Assembly: GCA_039801225.1 (NCBI GenBank)
Contig: JBDRUH010000029.1
Span: 1-17,201, forward strand
Length of the DNA stretch: 17,201 bases
Direction of reading: 5' to 3'
Origin: a candidate division WOR-3 bacterium
Lineage (GTDB): Bacteria > Hydrothermota > Tepidihabitantia > Tepidihabitantales > Tepidihabitantaceae
The notes below the pieces were generated by a model. It worked only from the letters and a program-made list of their open reading frames with translations. It was not told where the DNA came from and ran no database searches. Made by a program: the position numbers and the translations under genes. Below, piece by piece: positions 1 through 7,040 of the stretch; the first letter of the stretch is position 1, and each line of letters begins with the position of its first letter.

Positions 1-141
1 GGACAAAGTTTTTTAATATCGGCAAGCGTGTTGAATATGCCTTTCCTGCTTTCACCCTATATTAAGATAGGGTAGGTTTTACGTTTTAGAAAGTGTCAAT
101 ACGACATTTTCCTTGGGGATACATAAGCAGGAAATTTTAAT

Positions 142-169
142 TTGACTTATCCTGTTTTAAGTATAGCAT
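142..169 (+). promoter_or_regulatory. Putative sigma70-type promoter of tldD-tldE (TTGACT-N16-TAGCAT)
   Basis: TTGACT at 142-147 and TAGCAT at 164-169; the ATG at 176 follows the -10 element after a 6-nt gap. Confidence 0.55.
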
Positions 170-175
170 AGGATT

Positions 176-1855
176 ATGAAGAAATTTTTGATAATCGTTA
201 GTTTATTAACTCTTCCCCTCTTTGCCCAGGAAAATCGGTTAATCAAGATAATGGAAAGGGAGTTGTGGCGCTCCTTTAATGGGCTAAAGAATGCCGGCAA
301 GGAACCCTTATATTTTTTACAATATGAGGTAATTGAGGAGGAGGAACTCAACATTTCTGCCTTTAACGGCGCGATAGAGAATACCGAACACAACCGAAAC
401 CGTTATCTCACCGTTGATGTAAGGGTGGGCAATTATAAGTTGGACAATACTCATCAACTCCGGGGAAAATACGGCTCCAGCGGATTTGATTTTTACACAC
501 CTTCTTATGAACTGATTCCCTTGGAAGATGATGAATTTTCCATCCGGGAGGTTCTCTGGAAAAGAACCGATGAGGAGTTTAAAAAGGCGCAAGAGCGGAT
601 TATCAAAGTAAAGGCGGAGAGGGAAACCAAGGTTTTGGAGACGGACACCTCTCCCGACTTTTCTTCTGCCGAGAAGCAGGTTGATATTGGCGATAGGGCA
701 ACGCTATCGGTTGATACCCTCAGTTGGGTAGGACGGTTAAAAGAGTTGTCAAAGGTTTTTAAGGAGTATCCTTGGATTTACTCTTCGGTTGTTGGCTTAA
801 CGGCAAGGGCGGTTACCAAATATCTGGTCAATACCGATGGAACAAAGATTGTTGAGGGCAACACTAAGTATTATCTCCGGGTGAATGCGTCTACCAAGGC
901 GGAGGATGGTATGGAGTTATTTCTTTACCGTCATTTCTATTCCCACTCTCCTGCAGGGCTGCCTTCGGATGAAAAGATAAAGTCAACCATAGCGGGTTTA
1001 ATCAGTGATTTGGACCTTTTGCGCAAGGCGCCCCTGGTTGACCCGTACAGTGGACCGGCAATATTGAAGAATCGTGCTGCCGGGGTATTTTTCCATGAGA
1101 TATTTGGTCACCGGATTGAAGGGCATCGCCAGAAACTGGAAAGGGAAGGGCAGACATTTAAGGATAAGGTTGGGAAAAAGATTTTGCCGGAGTTCATATC
1201 AATTTACGACGACCCGACTCAAGAGAGTTATGGTAATAAAGATTTGAACGGTCATTATAAATATGATGATGAGGGTGTAAAGGCACAACGGGTTACTGTG
1301 GTAGATAACGGTGTGTTAAAAAACTTTCTTACCACCCGCTCACCTATTGAAGGTTTTCCCCGTTCCAATGGGCACGGACGAAGGCAATATGGATATAAAG
1401 TTGTTGCCCGGCAGGGAAATTTAATTGTGGAGTCTAAGAATCGTGTCTCCCCTGACAGTTTGCGCAAGATGCTGATTGAGGAGTGTAAGAGGCAGAATAA
1501 GCCCTACGGTTTGATTTTTGAAGATATCGCGGGCGGTTTTACGATGACCGGTCGGGGTGGTTTACAGGCGTTTAATGTTACACCGTTACTGGTGAAGCGG
1601 GTATATACCGATGGTCGGGAAGAGGTGGTGAGGGGGGTAAATATTGTTGGCACACCGTTGATTGCCTTCTCCAAAATCTTAGCCACTGGCGACGACCCGG
1701 ATGTATTCAATGGCACCTGTGGTGCTGAATCTGGTGCCGTGCCGGTTTCCGGAGTATCGCCCTCAATCTTAACCGGTGAAATGGAGGTGGAGAAGAAGGT
1801 AAAGGAACAGGAAAAGTTACCGATTCTGCCTTCACCAATAGGAGGTAAGCGATGA
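176..1855 (+). CDS. tldD: TldD/PmbA family metalloprotease, catalytic TldD-like subunit, with predicted signal peptide
   Basis: 559 aa. HExxxH motif FFHEIFGHRIEG, YDDEGV, SNGHGR, RQGNL, and a C-terminal Cys in GTCGAESG as the probable third metal ligand. N-terminus MKKFLIIVSLLTLPLFA-QE looks like a Sec signal. Confidence 0.88.
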   Translation: MKKFLIIVSLLTLPLFAQENRLIKIMERELWRSFNGLKNAGKEPLYFLQYEVIEEEELNISAFNGAIENTEHNRNRYLTVDVRVGNYKLDNTHQLRGKYGSSGFDFYTPSYELIPLEDDEFSIREVLWKRTDEEFKKAQERIIKVKAERETKVLETDTSPDFSSAEKQVDIGDRATLSVDTLSWVGRLKELSKVFKEYPWIYSSVVGLTARAVTKYLVNTDGTKIVEGNTKYYLRVNASTKAEDGMELFLYRHFYSHSPAGLPSDEKIKSTIAGLISDLDLLRKAPLVDPYSGPAILKNRAAGVFFHEIFGHRIEGHRQKLEREGQTFKDKVGKKILPEFISIYDDPTQESYGNKDLNGHYKYDDEGVKAQRVTVVDNGVLKNFLTTRSPIEGFPRSNGHGRRQYGYKVVARQGNLIVESKNRVSPDSLRKMLIEECKRQNKPYGLIFEDIAGGFTMTGRGGLQAFNVTPLLVKRVYTDGREEVVRGVNIVGTPLIAFSKILATGDDPDVFNGTCGAESGAVPVSGVSPSILTGEMEVEKKVKEQEKLPILPSPIGGKR

Positions 1856-3648
1856 AGAGGAAATTGCCCAATGTTACTATAGTTATTGCGGTTTTATTTT
1901 CTGTTTTCTTTACGACGGCCCTTCATTCGCAGGATTTGCCGGTATTGCGGGCAATGGAGGATGAGTTACAAAGGACAATGAAGAACCTGAAATTGGGAAA
2001 GGAAAAACCGCCCTATTATGTTGCCTATAGAGTTGATGATGAGGAGAAAATAACCATTTCCGGTCGTTTTGGGGCAATTGTTGAAGATGGGTTAAATAGA
2101 GAGCGGAAACTTTATGTTGACCTGCGGGTGGGCGATTACGATTTTGACAACGCCAACTTTGTGCCGATGTCAGATTATGGTTTTAGTTTCGGCGCCGGTG
2201 ATAATGCGGTTCAATTACCATTAGATGACGATTACGATGCCATCCGGCAGAAGATTTGGCTGGCGACAGATGAAAGATACAAAGAGGCGATTGATGTCCT
2301 TTTCAGAAAAAAATCTTTTCTGGCACATAAGGAGATTACCGAGAAAATTCCTGATTTTTCCCAATCAACCTCCTATGTGATGATTGCTGAGCCGCAGAAA
2401 TTAAAGGTTGACCGAGTTTCCTGGTTAAAAAATATTCGGGAGATATCAAGCCTGTTCCGGCAATACCCCAAAATTCAGACATCAAAGGTTTTTTTCTCGG
2501 TGAGGCGCTTAACAAGGTATTTTATTGACTCCGAAGGAAATAAGCAAATTACCAACTCTTCTATCGTTCGTATAGAAGCCTGGGCAAGCACCCGGACCAA
2601 AACCGGTGCCGAGGTTAAAAATGCGGTTAATATTCTTGCCCCGACGCCAGAAGATTTACCGCCGATTAGTGCAATTATGAACCGGATTAAGGCGATGGCT
2701 GAGACATTGTCCTATTACACTGAGGCAAAAGAGGAAAAGGATTATACCGGACCGGTTCTTTTTGACGGCAGCGCCGCAGGGCAACTTTTCTATCAACTCT
2801 TTGGTAAAGGGGTGTCCGATACAAGAAAGCCGTTATACGAACAGGAAGGGATGTCGGAAATGGTTGAAGACAAGACCGGCTTTCTCGCCGATAGGTTGGA
2901 GAAGTTGGTTCTGCCCAAGGAGTTCTCAGTTGAGGACGACCCAACATTAACCAAGTTTAATAACATCCCGCTCATCGGTGGTTATTTAATAGATGACGAA
3001 GGTGTTAGAGCCGAGAGGATTGAGCTGGTAAAGGCGGGGAGGTTGGTCAGTTTACCGGTGAGCCGGAGGCCGACCAAGGAGATTAAAAAATCTAACGGTC
3101 ATGGCCGATATTTCAATGGAACGGTACGCAGTTATATCAGCAACCTGATTGTCCAAAGCGAAAAGACAACTCTGGACCTGGAAAAAGAGTTAATCGCCCT
3201 GTGTAAAGACAATGACCTTGAGTATGGAATTGTTATTACTCAACTTGCCACTTCTTTACCGAAAACAACCGAGGAGATGGTTGAAGAGATTTACTCCTAT
3301 TTTGGTGGCAGTAAGACTGAAATACCCCTACTTAATGCCCCTTTAATCGCCTATAAACTCTATACCGATGGCAGAAAGGAGCTGATTAGAGGATTAAAAT
3401 TTGAGGGGGTTACGCCAGCGGTGTTAAAGGATATAGTTGCGGTGGGCAGGATAATGAATGTCCATAACGCCATAATTCAAGAAAGGTTTGGTAGTGGTTA
3501 TCTGCCAATTTCGGTTGTTGCCCCCTCGGTGATAGTTCAAAAGATGACACTGACTGGTAAAGAGGAGAAGGCGAAAAAGCCACCATTTTTACCCCATCCC
3601 TATTTCGGGAAAATTGATTTTATCGGCGCGGTTTTGCCCAATAGGTAG
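1852..3648 (+). CDS. TldD/PmbA family protein, non-catalytic TldE/PmbA-like subunit, with predicted signal peptide
   Basis: 598 aa paralog of the upstream gene (shared DLRVGDY, YTGPVL, DDPT, IDDEGV, SNGHGR, YTDGRKELIRG). The HExxxH position reads FYQLFG and the Cys ligand is absent. ATGA overlap with tldD and SD GGAGG upstream. Confidence 0.85.
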   Translation: MKRKLPNVTIVIAVLFSVFFTTALHSQDLPVLRAMEDELQRTMKNLKLGKEKPPYYVAYRVDDEEKITISGRFGAIVEDGLNRERKLYVDLRVGDYDFDNANFVPMSDYGFSFGAGDNAVQLPLDDDYDAIRQKIWLATDERYKEAIDVLFRKKSFLAHKEITEKIPDFSQSTSYVMIAEPQKLKVDRVSWLKNIREISSLFRQYPKIQTSKVFFSVRRLTRYFIDSEGNKQITNSSIVRIEAWASTRTKTGAEVKNAVNILAPTPEDLPPISAIMNRIKAMAETLSYYTEAKEEKDYTGPVLFDGSAAGQLFYQLFGKGVSDTRKPLYEQEGMSEMVEDKTGFLADRLEKLVLPKEFSVEDDPTLTKFNNIPLIGGYLIDDEGVRAERIELVKAGRLVSLPVSRRPTKEIKKSNGHGRYFNGTVRSYISNLIVQSEKTTLDLEKELIALCKDNDLEYGIVITQLATSLPKTTEEMVEEIYSYFGGSKTEIPLLNAPLIAYKLYTDGRKELIRGLKFEGVTPAVLKDIVAVGRIMNVHNAIIQERFGSGYLPISVVAPSVIVQKMTLTGKEEKAKKPPFLPHPYFGKIDFIGAVLPNR

Positions 3649-4883
3649 CCAATCTGGGCGAGTTGAATATAGGTATCACATAGCGCCGCAAGGTAGGTCG
3701 CCTCAGCCTGAGCCAAGTTTGCTTGAACCTCTAATAGTTCCACAAACGGTAAGGCGCCAAGCCGGTATTGGGTAAGGGCAAGTTCCTCTAGTTCCTTGTT
3801 GAGTTCCAGATTGCGTTTTGCCTGCTCATAGCGGGTTTTTGCCTCTTCGTAACCGGCAATAGCGATGCCAGCGGTGGCACGTAACTGAAGCCGAGTTTTG
3901 GCAAGGGTGGCGCGGGCACGCTTAGAGCCAGCAAGGGCATCACCGATGTTTAGGATAATGGCTTTGATATCCACAGGCAGAGAGATTCTAATTCCCTGGG
4001 TGATGCTAGACTTTTCTTTATAAGATGAGAAGAAGGGAAATAAGGTATCTGAGTAACCCCAGGTGCGATAGAGGCTCACCGAAGGAAGGAGACGACAGAG
4101 TGTGCTGGTGAGGTTAATACCGGCAATGGTGGACAGTTTTTGTGCCATTTTTCTATTGGGGTTGGTGCGTTCTATTAAAATAAGTAAACTGTCCGGGTCG
4201 GTAATCTGCCACTCTGGTGGCGAACTGATTTGTTCTGTTGCCCGGATAAATAGCGGTTGATTAATTCCAGCGGTGGCTTTGAACATTTCCTGAGCATTAA
4301 TTAAATTCTTTTCGGCGCTGAAAAGTCCAAGTTGTGCTTGGGTATAGAAGACCTCGCTGCGGAGAAGGTCTATTCGGGATATCTGACCGAGGCGGAACCG
4401 CTCAGTAGTGAGTCTTTTCTCTTCCTTTGCTTGTTCAAGGGTCTTTCGGGAGGCGTCAAATAAAAGTTGCGCTTTGAGAAGGTTTAAATAGTCGGTGGTA
4501 ACATCGCAGAGGAGTCGGGCGGTCTTATCTTTGACCTCACAAGAATAGTAGTCCGCATTAATAATGGAGTTAATTAGGCTGGCAAATACCGAAGGGTCAA
4601 AAAGCACCTGCTGAATGGTGATATCTCCCTTCCAGAGATTAGGGTTTCCTTCCTGGGTGACGCTAAAAAATGAGGCGGTGGCAGCGGGCAGAAGGGCGTT
4701 TATCCCTTCACCAAAACTGGTAATTCCCTGAATTCGGGATGCGGCAATTTCACCTTGCAGTGGACCATTTTTTAGGGCAATAGTAAGTGCCTGGTCAAGA
4801 TTAAGGTCTATAGTGTCGGCTGATGTTAACGCTAATGCTAAGGTTAAGGCATAAAGCGCTCGGGTTATGATGTTTGGCGCCAT
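3600..4883 (-). CDS. TolC family outer-membrane efflux protein
   Basis: LNLDQALTIALKN, DVTTDYLNLL, ERFRLGQISRIDLLRSE and QYRLGALPFVELLEVQ are typical OEP repeat motifs. Start re-assigned from 4976 to the ATG at 4883 (MAPNIITRALYALTLALALTSA, signal-like), which overlaps the upstream stop as TAATG. Confidence 0.85.
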   Translation of the reverse strand: MAPNIITRALYALTLALALTSADTIDLNLDQALTIALKNGPLQGEIAASRIQGITSFGEGINALLPAATASFFSVTQEGNPNLWKGDITIQQVLFDPSVFASLINSIINADYYSCEVKDKTARLLCDVTTDYLNLLKAQLLFDASRKTLEQAKEEKRLTTERFRLGQISRIDLLRSEVFYTQAQLGLFSAEKNLINAQEMFKATAGINQPLFIRATEQISSPPEWQITDPDSLLILIERTNPNRKMAQKLSTIAGINLTSTLCRLLPSVSLYRTWGYSDTLFPFFSSYKEKSSITQGIRISLPVDIKAIILNIGDALAGSKRARATLAKTRLQLRATAGIAIAGYEEAKTRYEQAKRNLELNKELEELALTQYRLGALPFVELLEVQANLAQAEATYLAALCDTYIQLAQIGYLLGKTAPIKSIFPK

Positions 4884-5638
4884 TATTGAATCGCCAGACC
4901 ACCAGAGAGGGTGAGAAGACCGGCGAGGAGAAGGATGTAAACCAGCCACAAGGAAAATACCACAAGTGTTATCCACTTCATCTGGAGATTGAAGACGGTT
5001 TTGAGCCCGAGGCTGACCAGAATTAACTCCCAGATGGTGAAGATATCAATACAGGAGAGGAGACCTTTGAGGTAAAGAGGGATAGCGGGAAAGGCAAGGG
5101 CAAGGTTGGTGGTGACGGTGAGTTTACCGGTGGTGAGCATTAAGAGACTATGAAATAAAGCGCTGGGAACCCGGATTAGGGCGGAGTTGGTGGTGATGGC
5201 GAAGGTGCGGGCAAAACTGGTGGTAGCACCCAAGAGGGGAAGAAGAAGGTTGAGGATTGTTGCCCAGAGAAAAATTTGGAGTGCTGACCAGAGGAGTGCC
5301 GGTATACTACGAAGGAGGAAGCGAAGAAATAGACCGGGCTTTGAGGCATTTTGATAGAACTCCAGTTCGGAACGGGAAGCGGCATCAATTCGATCCATCG
5401 CCATTTCCCTTTGGTCGGCAGGCATCCGTCCTTTTTCAACTTGCTGGTCAATGAAATCTTTTGCTCGGGCGATTCGTTCCTCGGCGGTGGTTATTAGAGC
5501 CGAGCGAGGGAGCAGAACAACTGTTAGGTTGCCAATTAAGAGTGGGAGAAGAAGGGCAAGAACAAAAGGAATAACCCAGACCGGTTTTTCGGACAGGGAT
5601 TGAAATCGCCGGCTTGGTGAAAAGATTATATTAAGCAT
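4883..5638 (-). CDS. Yip1/YknW-like membrane protein
   Basis: 251 aa. N-terminal IIFSPSRRFQSLSEKPVW motif, one TM, a helical soluble loop, then about 4 more TMs with IDIFTIWELILVSLGLK; this layout is typical of bacterial Yip1-domain proteins. Confidence 0.75.
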   Translation of the reverse strand: MLNIIFSPSRRFQSLSEKPVWVIPFVLALLLPLLIGNLTVVLLPRSALITTAEERIARAKDFIDQQVEKGRMPADQREMAMDRIDAASRSELEFYQNASKPGLFLRFLLRSIPALLWSALQIFLWATILNLLLPLLGATTSFARTFAITTNSALIRVPSALFHSLLMLTTGKLTVTTNLALAFPAIPLYLKGLLSCIDIFTIWELILVSLGLKTVFNLQMKWITLVVFSLWLVYILLLAGLLTLSGGLAIQ

Positions 5639-7026
5639 TAGCGTTTTCCTTTTAAAACTATCCGACCGGTGTGCTGGGCGTTCTGCCGGAACTGGGGCCA
5701 GATGGTCTCAAGAGGAGGTGCATCACCATAAAAGGCATATATCCCGCCATCCCAGGAGCCGACATAGACCGTTCCATCAGCAGCGATGGCTGGCGAGGAG
5801 GTGTAATAAATTTCCTTATTTTCCGAGGCAATTTCTTGAGTAAATAAAAGCCTACCCGTAGAAGTAAAGGCGTAGAAAATACCATCGTCAGAGAGGGAGT
5901 AAATCGTTCCGTTCTTACTCACCGCTGGAGTGGCACAGATGATGTCATTGGTCTCGTAAAGAGTTTGAACCGTGCCAAGAGAAGGTTTAACACAGAGATA
6001 GTAACCATCGGTGCCGAAGAGCAGCGCTCCGTCCGAAGCGAAGACCACTTCAGTTCGGATTTCGTCCTCGTCCGGGCTCGGTGCGCGCCAGCGTAGCCGA
6101 CCGTTTGGTCCTATGCAGTAAAGATAGCCATCAGAGTTGCCGACATAGATATTGCCCTTTTCATCCAAGACTGGGGCCGGGAAAAAGTATGAGCCTTCCG
6201 GAGTGCCAAATGCCCAGCGTTTTATTCCCTTGGGAGTAAAACAGTAAAGCGAATCGGCCGATAGATAAATTAGACCAAATGCGATGGTGGGTGCCGAAGC
6301 GATCTCATCACCCAACTGCCGGGTAAAAAGAATTTTACCTTTTTGATTCAGAGCGATTAATTTACCCGAGTCGGTCCCGAGGTAAATTTTGCCATCCGGG
6401 CTTACCGCCACCGGGCTCCAGAGTTCATCACCGAGATGGACCGACCAGTGAAGTTTGCCTAAGGTATCAAGGCAATAAAGGTGGGAGTCAAGCGATGGGA
6501 GATAGACAAAACCGCGGTCAATCGTTGCCCCAGCATAAATCGGTCCTTTAGTGGTGAAACTGAAGCGAAGATTGCCCTGAGGAGATAAAGAGTAAAATGT
6601 GCCACCTTCGTCGCCGATGTAGATGTTGCCGTGCTGGTCAAGGGCAGGAGCAGCCACAATCGCTTCAAGAGTGGGGAAAAACCATTTAATTAGTGAGGGC
6701 TTTACCTCAACTGAGCAAGGCTTGCTCCAAGAAGACCTGTTGCCTTGGGCATCCCTTGCCATAACCCGGATGGTAAAAGTTCCGATGGAACGGTAGCGGT
6801 GAAAGCGGGAGATGTTTATTGGCTGTCGTATTGGTTCGGTCCAATCCAATGTCTCACCATCTCCCCAGTCAATCTTGTAAGATAAAGGAAACTGAGCATC
6901 GCGGGGTGGAAAGATGACCAGTTCCAGTTCATTGGTGGTATCAGATTGTAGTGGGCAGATGAATGAATCGGGCGGCGGTACGAGAACCTCGCCGAGTATA
7001 AAAATAAAAAATAAGACCTGACTCAT
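5638..7026 (-). CDS. PKD-like domain plus PQQ-binding-like (BamB-type) beta-propeller repeat protein
   Basis: N-terminal YKIDWGDG...HRY...GTFTIRVMARD (PKD-like), followed by about 8 repeats of the type sPa.d.dG.iYvGs.dG.lya...G.l.W. Confidence 0.82.
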   Translation of the reverse strand: MSQVLFFIFILGEVLVPPPDSFICPLQSDTTNELELVIFPPRDAQFPLSYKIDWGDGETLDWTEPIRQPINISRFHRYRSIGTFTIRVMARDAQGNRSSWSKPCSVEVKPSLIKWFFPTLEAIVAAPALDQHGNIYIGDEGGTFYSLSPQGNLRFSFTTKGPIYAGATIDRGFVYLPSLDSHLYCLDTLGKLHWSVHLGDELWSPVAVSPDGKIYLGTDSGKLIALNQKGKILFTRQLGDEIASAPTIAFGLIYLSADSLYCFTPKGIKRWAFGTPEGSYFFPAPVLDEKGNIYVGNSDGYLYCIGPNGRLRWRAPSPDEDEIRTEVVFASDGALLFGTDGYYLCVKPSLGTVQTLYETNDIICATPAVSKNGTIYSLSDDGIFYAFTSTGRLLFTQEIASENKEIYYTSSPAIAADGTVYVGSWDGGIYAFYGDAPPLETIWPQFRQNAQHTGRIVLKGKR

Positions 7027-7040
7027 AATTCCCTTCTTTT

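Noticed and set aside
1..99. Possible minus-strand gene start (GTG at 55), TTGACA at 99-94, and inverted repeat ACCCTAT-N6-ATAGGGT at 54-73
   Set aside because: Only 18 codons are visible and there is no matching -10 at a normal spacing; it cannot be supported without the upstream sequence.
157..2975. Short alternative-frame and antisense ORFs within tldD/tldE
   Set aside because: Fully nested in strong CDSs with no family signatures. The same applies to nested ORFs in yip1, the propeller gene, lexA, the polymerase, the hydrolase operon and nth.
4884..4976. N-terminal 31-aa extension of the TolC ORF given in the ORF track
   Set aside because: It overlaps the Yip1 gene. The ATG at 4883 gives a signal peptide and TAATG coupling.
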